Source of the DNA: Takakia lepidozioides
Lineage: Eukaryota > Plantae > Bryophyta
DNA length: 64,000 nt
NCBI GenBank assembly: GCA_030704615.1
Contig: CM060734.1
Location: 12,028,001-12,092,000, forward strand
Direction: 5' to 3'
The translations under genes were made by a program, and so were the position numbers. This document shows, one piece after another, positions 1 through 12,029 of the stretch. Numbering within the stretch: position 1 is the first letter of the stretch; each line of letters begins with the position of its first letter. Under the pieces are notes generated by a model. That model did no database searches and was not told the DNA's origin. It saw only the letters and a list, made by a program, of their open reading frames with translations.

Positions 1-501
1 AATAATAGAAATTTTTGGTTCAGATTTAATTTTAGGATTATTTAGTGCATTTCCTGCTCGATATACTCTGTGATACTATCGATACAAATTCGATATAGTA
101 ACATTGCTCGATATTTTATGACGATCGATAGTCTGACTTGAATCGATAATAAAGAAAATGGATGAATGAATATTCTGGATGACTAGAAGAAGTTAGACGG
201 TTATAGAAGTTGTTGAGACAGATTGTTATAATTGAGCTTCGGGACAATAGATCATTGTCAGATGAGCCAAAGAGCCGTGACCAGAGTGAGTATGTGTGTA
301 GGAAATAGAAAATAGAGTAATTTTCTCAATGGTAGATTAGTCATGTGATGTTGCAACGTAATGTTTACGAATCATAGAAGAAGACAAGAAAAAGAAGGAA
401 GTTCAATTCAATCTATTTTGTGTGAAGAAATGGAATGATGGAATGTGAATCTGATTCTGAATGTAATGATTGAGTAATTATGATTGTATGAGATGGTGAG
501 A

Positions 502-774
502 ATGTGCATCATTGAAGGAGATGAGAATTCTGTGCGTGAATTAATTCTTGGGCTACTAAGAGATGTATCGATTCTGATATAAGAGTCTATCCCACAATGA
601 TGCGAATTAGTGCAATTAGAGAGTGTAAGTAAAGCCTGGTACAAGGAGTTATCAATTCTATACAAACATTGTCATCTGCAACGTAAGTGGATCCAGATGT
701 GGTGTCGTCCTTTAGATGGATATTCAGAATATATGAAGGCACGGATCAAAAACTTTGGAGTAGGAAGACCTTGA
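502..774 (+). pseudogene. Short F-box-like pseudogene, paralog of the 7292-7600 ORF
   Basis: Manual translation MCIIEGDENSVRELILGLLRDVSILI*ESIPQ*CELVQLESVSKAWYKELSILYK... has two in-frame stops and aligns with ELITNLPDNLSIDIFKKL...QLQLVSKGWYRELSTIYK of the 7292 ORF. Confidence 0.6.
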
Positions 775-793
775 TTGAATTAGACAGGGGAGA

Positions 794-1519
794 TGTCGCG
801 GCCCTTTGCCTTAAGGGCAGGGGGTCGGGACACGTGAGGGGCTGCCCCTGTGGTGGGGGCAGTGGCAACATTAGTTGTGGGGGCTGAAGCACCCTTGAGT
901 GCCCAAGGCACTCAAGGAGGCGGAGGCGCTCACTAGGTGGAGCCCCGCACACCGGGTTGCGGTGGGGGTGGTTCCACAAGGGGTGGTGATAGCTTAGTGG
1001 GACTTAGTGGGGGTGGCATAGGACTCACCATGGGGGCGGGGACCTTGTGGTGGGAGTCGTGGGGAGTCTTGGGACTCATCACGGTCCAATGGGACTGTGG
1101 TGGGTGGGCCAAGAGTCACCGCGACTCATCACCGGGAATCGAGGGTTTTTGTGGTGGTTCGCCATAAAATGGCATGGTTGTTTGTGAAACCCCCGCGGAT
1201 AGTCACAGAAGTATATATAGGGAGTAGTAACCCCGAGAACGGTGCAAGCCCGTTGGTGTCCAAAAACTAGTGAGTAAGCGTGTGAGCTGGAAAGCGACCA
1301 AGGTGTGGGGAGCTATTCCGGACTGCCATCGACCAAAGGGAATTTCCACTAGACCCAAATTGGGAGAGGGTCTTGTGGAGGAGTAAAGGGGGACCGTTAT
1401 GTCCCGGTGAGCAGCCGAAGCTCCGAGTTGGCCTGGCGGCCAGTTAGGGAGTTAGGCGCGCGCATCAAAGCGAGTAACTATGACTTGAAGGGGAGCTTAC
1501 CGAAGTGAGGTGCGCGACA
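794..1519 (+). repeat. 5' LTR
   Basis: Begins TGTCGCGG and ends GCGCGACA. About 21 substitutions versus the 3' LTR by eye (~97% identity). TATA-like GTATATATAG at ~1211. Confidence 0.95.
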
Positions 1520-1521
1520 CT

Positions 1522-1533
1522 TGGTATCAGAGC
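1522..1533 (+). promoter_or_regulatory. Primer-binding site (initiator tRNA-Met)
   Basis: TGGTATCAGAGC two nt after the 5' LTR; canonical plant tRNA-iMet PBS. Confidence 0.93.
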
Positions 1534-1574
1534 TTAGAGTTCAGTACGCGATCGTCCTTGGGATCGGCCTCATC

Positions 1575-4500
1575 ATGGGGTCGGGCAAGTCAAAGCGAAA
1601 GCGGAACGGCCCGAAAGATGATGCTCCTGATGAGCCCGATGGGGGGATGTGTCACCGAAGCGGCCATTTGAGGAAGCAATTCATGCCTTTGGAAGTGAGG
1701 CCGCTCAAGGATAGGAGGAATCTGAGGAGTCGGAGCCCGAGGAATTCCTGAGAGCTCCGACAGACCAACAGATGCCTCCTATGCCAGCATCCTTTTGGGA
1801 AGGGTTGTTGGCGCAATTTGGCGGGACGTTGAAAGACGTGTTGAAGGCGGCTAATGCCACTTCCACTAAGACAAAGTTTAAGGTGAAGCCTAAGGAACCT
1901 GACACCTTCAAGGGCGTCTGAAATTGGAAGGCACTCAACACCTGGCTCTTGGAGCTAGAGCAGTACTTCCGGGCGGCCAAGTTGAGTGACGAGGATCGGG
2001 TGGAAGTGGCTCCAACCTATTTGAGGGGCTATTCTCAACAATGGTGGCAGAAATGCCTTCACGACCGAGGTCCAAACCCAGAATCCTTGAATTGGGGTGG
2101 GTTCAAGGAACTTATGAAGAGACAGTTTGTGCCCATCAACGCGTCCTGGCTCGCCTGGGTCAAGATGAGGAATTTGAAGCAAACGGATGACATCCGGGGA
2201 TATGTTCAGGCTTTCAATGTGCTGTTGCTCGAAGTCGCAGACATGGCAGAACTAGAAATGGTCTTCAACTTTGTGGCGGGACTGGCCCCATGGGCCAGGC
2301 GGAAGTTGGAGGAGAAGCCACTTAAGACTTTGAACGAGGCAATTGAAAGGGCTGAATGTTTCTCGGATGTCCCTAGGGGCGAAAGGCAAGGCCGTACGGA
2401 GCTGAACCACAAGAAGGTCCGGTGGGAGGGTGACTCCTTCCAACCGGAAAAGAAGTGGGATAGGCCACGCGGCGACAATGGCACATGGAAATCGAAAGGA
2501 GGGCCCTCACACGTCAAGACGGCACCCGGTGCCTCGAAAGGAAAACCAGGTGCGACGGCTTATGGCGGGCAGAAGGCGACCTTCGATGGAGTGTGCTTTA
2601 ATTGCGGGGAACCCGAGCACATGGCCAAAAAGTGCGCGAAACCCCGACAATTGAACATGACTCGGGCAACCACGGAGTTGTCCAAGGATTCCATTAGCCG
2701 CTTGGTGGAGGCAGTGGTTGCCAAGACTTGCAAGGTAGGCAACTACTCTTGTGAGTTGTACCAGGAAACTGGCGCCCTGCGCAAAGGGAGTCAGTTATTG
2801 TTCGTGAGTGGGATAATTTCCGGAACTAACATGTCGTTGTTGGTGGACACAGGAGCGTCACACTCCTTCATGACACCGGCAACGGCACGGAAGCTGGGAC
2901 TCCCGACAAGTGAAGGGGGGGCTTCTATTGAGGTGCGTTCTGCTAAAGGAGAACCACAATTGGCGACGAGGTTGGCATTCAATGTTCCTCTTCAGCTCGG
3001 GAGTTGGGAGGGACGTGAGAACTTCACCATTTGCAAGATCGATGGAGTGGATCTCATTTTGGGGATGACCTTTTTGAGCAAATCAGGAGCGGTCATAGAT
3101 GGCCGCAAGAGAATAGTCACGCTACTGTGTGGGAATGGTGGCGAAGTTTTAAGAGTGTCGGAAACGCCCAACCCAGTGGGAGGGCGAATAAACCTATTGT
3201 CAGCAAAAGAGTGGGCCGTGGAGGAGCAACACGAGCCCCAATTTTTGCTCTACGTAAGACAAGTGAAGGGAGAAGGCGATGGGGAGCCGAGCCCATATTG
3301 GATCAAGGGGATTTTGGAGAAATATCAGGATGTGATGCCGGAGGATTTACCAAGCGGCTTGCCACCGCGAAGAGGAGTTGACCACAAGATTGAGGTGATA
3401 CCGGGATCGGCGCCGCCTGCCAAGGCGCCCTACTGGTTGAGCCACAAAGAGTTGGTCGAGCTGAAGACTCAGCTCAAGGATCTAATGTCAAAGGGGTACA
3501 TCCGGCCGAGTAAGTCACCTTACGGAGCCCCGGTGTTATTCGCGGATAAAAAGGACGGGACGCTGCGGATGTGTGTCAATTACAGGGCTCTGAATAAGGT
3601 GACTATCAAAAACCGATACCCTTTGCCGAGGATCGATGACCTCTTCGATTGGTTGGCAGGAGCGAAATATTTCAGCCGGATCGATTTGCGCTCCGGGTAT
3701 CAAAGTATGTGAGAATTTTTGCCAAGATCGCGGGGCCGCTGTCAGACCTCCTGTGTAAATCCAAAGTCTGGGTATGGAACACCTTTTGTGGCCAAACTTT
3801 TGCCGAGTTGAAGCAGTGGATGACGGAAGCTCCAATCCTAAAAATCCCGGAGTTCGATCGCCCATTTGAGATTCATACAGATGCGTAGGACTTTGTGATT
3901 GGAGGTGTACTCATGCAGGATGGACGTCCAGTGGCTTACGAAAGTAAGAAACTGAATGAAGTGGAGCGGCGGTGGCCAACGCACGAGAAAGAGATGAAGG
4001 CAGTGGTGCATTGCCTTGAGCTTTGGCGCCACTATGTTGGTTCCAACCCAGTGAAGGTGTTCACGGACAATGTCACGGTGAAGTATTTTGTCACGCAACC
4101 TAAGTTGTCCCCAAAACAACTTAGGTGGCAAGACACTTTGGCGGTGTTCGACGTGGATATCCAGTACAAACCGGGACGAAACAATGCGGTGGCCGATGCT
4201 TTAAGTAGAAAGCAGCAGCTCATGTTAGTGTACAAGGGCGAGAATGCGCTCCAGAGGAAGATCCGGAAGGCTTATCGGAAGGATGAGATGGCGAAGTCCG
4301 TGATGCGGGACTTGAGGATGGGGGTTAAATCGCAGTTCCACTTGCAAAATGGACTACTCCGGTACAAGCAAAAGCGTCTCTACGTGCCGAAGGGAGGGAT
4401 CAGAGATAGTCTTTTGAGAGAATGCCATGATGGTCCGCTTGCGGGCCACGGTGGAGCCAAGCGCACTGCAACACTCTTGAAAAAAGAGTATTTTTGGCCC

Positions 4501-5628
4501 AAACTCAGGGAGGAGGCCGAGGAGTATGTCAAGACATGCACCACATGCCAACAAAACCGGAGTGAGTACAAAAAGCAAGCGAGGCTGTTACAACCCTTGC
4601 CGATTCCAGAGGGGTCTTGGGAAAGTGTCTCGATGGACTTCATGACTATTATGCCGCTGTCAAAAGGATTCGATGCAATCATGGTGGTGGTGGATAGATT
4701 CAGTAAAATGGGCCATTTCATCCTCACCAAGGAGACGACAACGGCGCAGGAGACGGGACGACTTTACTTCGCCCACGTCTTCAAGCATCATGGACTCCCG
4801 AAGGATATTATCTCGGACCGCGATCCAAAGTTTACTAGTAAATTTTGGAGGGTACTTTGGAAGAAAATGGGGACGAGGCTCAAAATGAGCACCGCCTTCC
4901 GACCTACAATGGACGGCCAAATGGAAAGGGTGAATTCCGTGGTGAAACAGATCTTGCGGAATTACGTGTCGGCGGATCAATCGGACTGGGTGGAGCACTT
5001 GGATGCGGCAAAGTTTTGTTATAATAACACAAAACACTCCGCAGCGGGAGTTTCCCCTTTCGTATTGGTCTATGGAAAAGCACCTCTGGTGCCGACAAGT
5101 TGGGCCGCCCAAGACGTTGAGGAACCGGCAGCAGTGGCAGTGCTGGAAGAACGCGAGTGTTTGTTGAAGCTCGCAAAGTACAACATTGCCAAAGCTAGGA
5201 AACGGTATGAACGGCAGGCGAATCGGAAGCGGAGGGGGGTTAAGTTTGAGGCAGGCATGGAGGTCTGGTTGAACATCAAGAATTTTGACTACCATTCTTG
5301 AATCTCTTCGACTTAAGCAGTGCCTCCACCTCGTACTCAGGTTCATTTTCATGATCCAACAGCACAGGTGGCGGACGCAACACTTGATGCCGATTCGGAC
5401 GCGCTTCATCTTTAAAGTAAGGCTTCAAAAGGGAGACGTGGAATACCGGATGCACCTTGCTGTTTGCTGGCAGCTCCAATTCATACACACCCTCATTCAT
5501 AACCTTCCGGATGCGAAAGGGTCTTGCGTACGAAGGTACGAACTTGGGTGCGTGCCTTAGAAATGGGAAACGAATCTGAGGCGGTTACAACTTTTGAAGG
5601 GCGACCTCAAAAGCGGAAGAAGCGTTGA
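1575..5628 (+). pseudogene. gag-pol polyprotein, disrupted
   Basis: Gag with [14 protein letters not shown] knuckle; protease [10 protein letters not shown]; RT start to IDLRSGYQ, then deleted; RNase H EIHTDA*...YESKKL; integrase H2C2 plus SMDF/SDRDPKF/DGQME core; GPF/chromodomain segment inverted at ~5290-5560; stops and frameshifts. Confidence 0.92.
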
Positions 5629-6534
5629 TGGGGACATCAACCTTGGATCGTGGGGGAGGAAATGCATGCTTAGCCCGACTTAGCTAGCTCAGGAATCCGA
5701 TTGCAAAAACTTGTATTGTACAAATTTTGTTATAAATGAAATGGTTTCCAAATGTAGTGCGTCCTATTTTGTTTGGAATGGTGATGCATGGTATGATTGG
5801 CTAGTGTGTAGAATGCATGCTAAGCTTACAAAGTGGGAGAGGTAAATTGGATTAATCGTGTGTTTGTGTAGTGCCGAAATCGGGCGACTCCCACCCAAGG
5901 GGCAAGGAAACTTGCACCTTCGTTGGGAGTTCACGTGCTAGTGCGCACCTGGCGCGTGCGCGTACTATAACTGCGCTACCGAGGGGGTTGCCTTGTAGTG
6001 CGGGCTAACGCGGAAGCTACGTGCTTCTGTTCACGTACTATAATCGTGTAACCTCGGGACGAAGTCGTAGTGCGGCTTCGGCGTGTTCCCGTACCTCAGG
6101 CCAGCATTCCAAGGCGGACCCAATTGTAGTGATTGGGGCGCACGGTTGGTTCAAGGTTATCTTCCTAGTAAAAAAGGGTTCAAGGCGAACCCTTGCTCAA
6201 GGTGATGCCAAAAGCGACATAACGAGCGGTCGCAAGCAAATGTTGTTGCAGTAAGGCGATTCGATCCTCGGGGAGCATCGTTCATTGGCCCTGAAGTGGG
6301 TCAAGAAGAGTGCACTGGGAGGAGCTTGAGAGGCTCCACCCTTGGCCGGGACTTGGAGGAAGTCGGCCGAACTAGCTAGTGGAGAGTAGAGTCAAGTGGG
6401 GGTTTGGTTCTTAGCCATGGGACGCCATGGTGTGGAAACAAACTCCTTGATGTGGGACGCCACAACTTGGGATGTTCGTTTCTACAAAATGGACAAGTCG
6501 ATGAGGACATCGACTCCCTGTTGGTAGGGGTGTG

Positions 6535-7260
6535 TGTCGCGGCCCTTTGCCTTGAGGGCAGGGGGTCGGGACACGTGAGGGGCTGCCCCTGTGGTGGGGG
6601 CAGTGGTACCATTAGTTGCGGGGGCCGAAGCACCCTTGAGTGCCCAAGGCTCTCAAGGAGGCGGAGGCGCTCACTAGGTGGAGCCCCGCACACCGGGTTG
6701 CGGTGGGGGTGGTTCCACAAGGGGTGGTGATAGCTTAGTGGGACTTAATGGGGGTGGCATAGGATTCACCATGGGGGCGGAGACCTTGTGGTGGGAGTCG
6801 TGGGGAGTCTTGGGACTCATCACAGTCCAATGGGACCGTGGTGGGTGAGCCAAGACTCACCGCGACTCATCACCGGGAATCGAGGGTTTTCGTGGTGGTT
6901 CGCCATAACATGGCATGGTTGTTTGTGAAACCCCCGCGGATAGTCACAGAAGTATATATAGGGAGTAGTAACCCCGAGAACGGTGCAAGCCCGTTGGTGT
7001 CCAAAAACTAGTGAGTAAGCGTGCGAGCCGGAAAGCGACCAAGGTGTGGGGAGCTATTCCGGACTGCCATCGACCAAAGGGAATTTCCACTAGGCCCAAA
7101 TTGGGAGAGGGTCTTGTGGAGGAGTAAAGGGGGACCGTTATGTCCCGGTAAGCAGCCGAAGCTCCGAGTTGGCCCGGCGGCCAGTTAGGGAGTTAGGCGC
7201 GCGCATCAAAGCGAGTAACTATGACTTGAAGGGGAGCTTACCGAAGTGAGGTGTGCGACA
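6535..7260 (+). repeat. 3' LTR, preceded by a PPT-like tract at ~6521-6534
   Basis: Direct repeat of 794-1519; ends GTGCGACA followed by the GGAGA TSD. Confidence 0.95.
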
Positions 7261-7291
7261 GGAGATTAATAGAGAAGGAACAGGAATTTGA

Positions 7292-7600
7292 ATGGAAAAG
7301 TCAATTGATGAGGAAGTAAAAGAATTGGCCGAGTTGATTACTAATCTACCAGACAATCTTTCGATAGATATCTTTAAGAAGCTTTGTTGCAGCGATAAAG
7401 AGATACTACAATTACAGTTGGTGAGCAAAGGATGGTATAGGGAATTATCGACCATCTATAAAGAAGACTATTGGAGGAAAAATATAGTTGAGCAATGGTA
7501 TTTAATTTCAGCTGATGGAGCAGAGTTAATAGAGGATGGAGAAAATATTTATGAAACTGGAAGAATGATGATCGTGTTAGATAAAGATGACTGGTGGTAA
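7292..7600 (+). CDS. Short intronless F-box-like ORF (102 aa)
   Basis: LPDNLSIDIFKKL...LQLVSKGW matches the F-box pattern LPxxxxxxIFxxL...VSKxW. No recognisable C-terminal substrate-binding domain; functionality unknown. Confidence 0.55.
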   Translation: MEKSIDEEVKELAELITNLPDNLSIDIFKKLCCSDKEILQLQLVSKGWYRELSTIYKEDYWRKNIVEQWYLISADGAELIEDGENIYETGRMMIVLDKDDWW

Positions 7601-8329
7601 AAGTTGATCCAAGGAAGGGATAGAGAGAGATAGAATAGTCTAGCATCGTTATTTTACAATCGTATAGTGCTTTCCCTGCAAACGAACCTCGAAACTAATT
7701 GATCTTTTTTCCTGGGGTTCATTCTAGTTTTTTTTTCTATAATATGGCTGGTCATCACCCCAGCCTCACCACCGACAGCACGCTCTAGGATTGGCCGGTG
7801 CTCAAATCCGGACCAACCTCCTATGAAAACAAGCGCCCACACAAAACTAACATGACGCACAGTCAAGCATGCAGATGTGGTGGGGATCCAAACACAAGAA
7901 ACTCAAACAACAACTCCCCCACACCAAAAACTACTCCACGGTGTCGCTCTTGCAATGACACCCCAGCCCAAACCCGGACTGACTCTTTGCCTCCACCTAC
8001 GGAAAAGTTTTGGCCTACAGAGAGGGTGAAAGACTACAAGGAAGAAAGACTAAAACAATTCCTAATCCCAGCATGCTCTCATCCCACTATCATATCTCCA
8101 CACTCTCTTGCTGGAGCAATAGACAAGACTATCTTTCAAGGGTCTCTCAAATAACTCTCTAGGAGCCCTCAAGATGTCTCTCAAACAATCTCACTAAGGC
8201 TCCCAAACCTTGCACAGTGGGACTCCAAACAGTACACCAAGGCCCCAAGAGCCTGCGAAAACTTGGCCCTCGAGGGCCCCAAATAGTCCATCACACCAGT
8301 CACTAAGAACTCCTCAAGCTCGCCAAATA

Positions 8330-8485
8330 TTGGCCTCCAAGGACCCCAAATAGTCCTCAAGCTTGCCAAATGTTGGCCTCCAAGGACCCCCAATAGTCCT
8401 CCAAATAGTCCTCCAAACAGTCCTCCAAGGACCCCAAATAGTCCTCCAAGTAGTCCTCCAAGGACTCCAAACAATCCTCCAAGGA
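8330..8485. repeat. Degenerate ~12-bp tandem repeat (CCAAATAGTCCT-like)
   Basis: Repeated AAATAGTCCTCC / CAAGGACCCC units; generate the spurious low-complexity ORFs at 8181-8566. Confidence 0.75.
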
Positions 8486-8734
8486 CTCACTATGTTCCCA
8501 ATGCATCCCCAAGTTCCCAATAGGTTCCCAAAGTTTCCTAAGAATATTCATGAGAATATGCCATAGTATTCCCCCAATATTCCCGTGGGCCTATACATAT
8601 TTTCCTTGTATTTCCCTTGTATTCTCCTTAGGAATAGCCATTTCCCCCTCATAGAGTAGTTCATTTTCCCCTTGGTTTAGCCATTTCCCCCTAAGCCACT
8701 TCCCCCTCTATTTCCTTAAGGTTTAGCCTTACCA

Positions 8735-9220
8735 AGCTAGGGTTTGTGCTCCTGCTTAATCCCCTCAAGCATCCATGAATTCTATGGGATAGCAAGGCAA
8801 ATTCCCTTGATCTTCTTCATCTCAAGCTACTCAAGCTCACGTAGCAATGATTTTGCCACACAACAAGCTCCATCACTCATTGGAACTCAAAATCAAGCTT
8901 GTACCTCCTTTGGCAAGCCACCAAGCCTTGATCATTCAAGCTCCCTTCACTTACTAGCTCAAGAGCCACTCCTCTCAAGCTTGAAAGGGCAAAGCTCAAG
9001 CCAAAAGCATGCTCCACACATGCATCACAAGGGAATAAACTTGCTTCCTTCACCTTCTAGTTCTCTTCAAGCTTGAAGTTGGAAGCCACACTTGGGAAGC
9101 ATGCTTGAATGATGATCTCTCTTCAAGGACTTCACACAATTTGTTCTCCAATTAGCTCTTCCAATGCCCTAAGCTTGGCTCCACACCACCATCATTGGAA
9201 GATTCCTCCACATGCTCTCA
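8735..9220 (+). repeat. Interspersed repeat, diverged inverted homolog of ~12880-13700
   Basis: TAAGCTTGGCTCCACACCACCATCATTGGAAGATTCCTCCACATGCTC (~9170) matches the reverse complement of 12882-12930; GCATGCTCCACACATGCA (~9007) matches the reverse complement of ~13110. Confidence 0.7.
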
Positions 9221-9599
9221 AGGGGTCACGGCGAAAGCGGGTTATGGCAATCACTAAGGGCTTGGTCCATTATGATATCTTGAAAGATCTAGACTCGTTA
9301 CAACCTTGCGACAGTTGCGACAGTTGTTGGCTATTGCGCCTCAATGTCGATCATCTTTACAATCTTCTCTGGTTAGGAGACAATCATCAAACAATGGCGA
9401 TATCATCGGAGGTATCGGATGAATATCAAGATTAGCTGTTAACGATTCTAACACCTCATCGACTTGTCTAGGATTCACACTATCGGAATTCTTTGGAACA
9501 TATTCCTCTACAATAAGGTCCATTGGTAATAGCTTACGACCTCTTGTAGTCACTGCCTTGACCATGGAAACATCTAACTAGTGACCTCTTTCTATAGGG

Positions 9600-10390
9600 C
9601 TTCAACATATGGGAAATGCTAGCTGGAAACAGTGTGCGGCACCGCACACTATTTCAGCCCGTCATCATTGTTCTTTTTCTCTTTGAAATGTAGGCACTTA
9701 GCACATTCTTTCAGGCTACACTCACACTGAAATGTCAGCACTGTTTGTGCCCCTCTTCACTTCCGTTTTTTGCTTCAAAATGTACCCCTCCAGGAGTGTC
9801 TTACAGGCATGAATCAAACCGCACGAAACAGTGTGCGGCACCGCACACTGTTTGTGCCCCCCTGAAACAATCGTATTCGTTTGAACTTTGGCCCCCAACT
9901 CCTCTGTTTGAGTCCAGTCACCTCTGTGTATCCCCCTTGAATCACATTGAAATGCATGATGGAAACAGGGCTTGAATCATATGGAAATGCAGGCTGGAAA
10001 TAGTGTGCGGCACCGCACACTGTTTGAGCCCATCATCAATGTTCTTTTTTTCTTTCAAATGTAGGCACTTAGTACACTCTTTCAATCTTCAGCCACACTG
10101 AAATGTTAGCATGGAACAGTGTGCGGCACCGCACACTGTTTGTGCCCCTCTTTACTTTCGTTTTTTTTGCTTCGAAATGTACCCCTTCTGCATTGAGTTA
10201 AAGGCCTGAATCACACCAAAATGGAACCACAAAACAGTGTGTGGCATCGCACATTGTTTGTGCCCCCCTCAAACAATCGTTTATAGCCCCCAGGTCCTCT
10301 TTTAGAGTTCACTCACCTCTGTGTATCCCCCTTGAATCATATTGAAATGCATGCTCTAGACAGTGTGCGGCACCGCACACTGTTTGTGAG
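9600..10390. repeat. ~370-bp tandem duplication carrying six palindromes ACAGTGTGCGG-CA-CCGCACACTGT
   Basis: Palindromes at ~9629, 9828, 10001, 10116, 10234 (degenerate) and 10360; 9600-9970 is repeated at ~9975-10350. Confidence 0.85.
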
Positions 10391-10502
10391 GTAGTACATC
10401 AAAGGATGACAGTGCAATGTGCCACCCTCACAAATGTTCTAGAGCAAGCCACAACAGAAGCCAACAAGCAGAGGGAGAGATGTGTAAAGGGAGAGATGTG
10501 TA

Positions 10503-11189
10503 ATGGCAGAAACTGAGGTAGTGAAGCAAGTCAAACTCATTGTGGACCTGAAAAATACAATATGTCGCGACGAGGGTGCTTTGCAGCAATACAAACAGGT
10601 TGAAACAAACCAAGAGAAGTACATCCTGGAGTTGCAACACACAGTAATGGCCAATAGGAATCAGCTATCTGTGGCTAACAAGGCAGGGAAGGAAGCCAAC
10701 AATCTGGCTGCTGCCTATGCAAGCCTAGTTGAACCTCATGCGAAGCGCATGCAAGGTTTACAGCAGCAGTTAAGTGCCTACAGACTCCAGGAGGAGCAGA
10801 ATCTCAGGAGTGCTACACAGGACAGGGTGGATGATCACCTTATGAAGGTCTGGTTAGCACAAGGGCCAATTGAAGGGAGAGCACCGAGGAAACTCAACCA
10901 GGAGGAGATGAATGACCTCAGACAGCAAGTGCAAAACATTGCTACAACTACTATAGACAATGTCTATAGTAGGATAGCAGAGCTACAGGAGGATGTGGAT
11001 ACACTACAGACTCAAGTGGATGACTTGAGTTCAAACATTGACAAGAGGCTCATGATTCCTGAAGAACACCTAATGGATACTTACTTGAAGGCCAGAGCGC
11101 TTATTTTCCAATCTTCTTGCAAAGAGGTGCAGGAGGCACCAGTGGTGAAAGGGCCAGTGGTACCAATACCACAGCAGGTGGCAATGTAG
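10503..11189 (+). CDS. Hypothetical coiled-coil protein, probably a TE accessory ORF
   Basis: 228-aa open frame rich in Q/E/L heptads (IAELQEDVDTLQTQVDDLSS); the frame continues after a TAG into 11190-11462. No recognised domain. Confidence 0.4.
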   Translation: MAETEVVKQVKLIVDLKNTICRDEGALQQYKQVETNQEKYILELQHTVMANRNQLSVANKAGKEANNLAAAYASLVEPHAKRMQGLQQQLSAYRLQEEQNLRSATQDRVDDHLMKVWLAQGPIEGRAPRKLNQEEMNDLRQQVQNIATTTIDNVYSRIAELQEDVDTLQTQVDDLSSNIDKRLMIPEEHLMDTYLKARALIFQSSCKEVQEAPVVKGPVVPIPQQVAM

Positions 11190-12029
11190 GTGATTGAACC
11201 TGTTGTTACAACAACCACACAGTCAGAGGTATGGGGAGATGTTGCTTTCCACCCACCAAGGACTCCTGCTACACTGCAATACAATCGAGCTATGATCATG
11301 CCATTCAACGACATCCCCAATGTCTTGGATTTAGCTTGGAACGAATTTGCTCCTCCGCAATCATTTGCACATTACTACCAAATAATGCGCATTTGGTTGC
11401 CAGTGGCCACTCGAACTAAACACAAAACCCACAAAATTAGAAACAAACTAAAAACAAAATGACAAGCAAAGGAAAGAAAACAAGGTGAAGGAAAATGGCT
11501 CATCTTTGCGTCCATGAGCTCAATGTTGCCCTCGATCCCCGCTAGTGGTGCAGCCCCCAGAAGGCCCTCTCGGAATAAGGGTGGAAGCCTGTCCCATGCA
11601 CTCAATAGGCTTGCAGGTGGCGCCCCAAAGTCCAGGGTCTTCTTCATTGACCACTCAGGCGACGGACTTTGCAAGGGGCCCTCCAAAGCCAGTGTCACCC
11701 TCTCCTCTTCCCCCTCCCTTTCCCGTGCCCCCCTATTTCCCTCTTCCCTCTTCTTGTCTTCCTCCCTCTTCCTTTCCTCCTCCTTCCACTTCATTGCGGC
11801 CTCCTTTGAAGCCTCCCTCTTCTCCCAAGGTGAGGAGGAACCGCCCCCCCCCCTTATGAGCCCCCCCCTTATAAGCCCTCTTGGCTGCAGAAGAAGGGGA
11901 AAAGACATTGGTGGTGGGGATAAGCTCAAGTTGCCCATACCTGTGCCCAGATCTGAGAATGCGCTTCCCCGCGTAAGTGTAAGGGCCCTCCATCAGCTTG
12001 TCATGGTTTTAGTCATGGTTAACTAGAAT

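Larger units (their letters stand above)
794..7260 (+). mobile_element. Full-length Ty3/Gypsy chromovirus-type LTR retrotransposon, internally deleted and rearranged
   Basis: Two 726-bp TG...CA LTRs (794-1519, 6535-7260), 5-bp TSD GGAGA (789-793 and 7261-7265), PBS, purine-rich tract before the 3' LTR, and gag-PR-RT-RH-INT-chromodomain order. Confidence 0.97.

Noticed and set aside
8181-8566. Gly/Leu-rich or acidic repeat proteins
   Set aside because: Translations of a 12-bp tandem repeat, open in several frames.
9620-10390. CRISPR array or intrinsic terminators
   Set aside because: Spacers are duplicated rather than unique and 100-200 bp long; plant nuclear context.
11375-12026. Overlapping ORFs on both strands
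   Set aside because: Low-complexity purine/pyrimidine tract with no recognisable domain; no strand can be supported.
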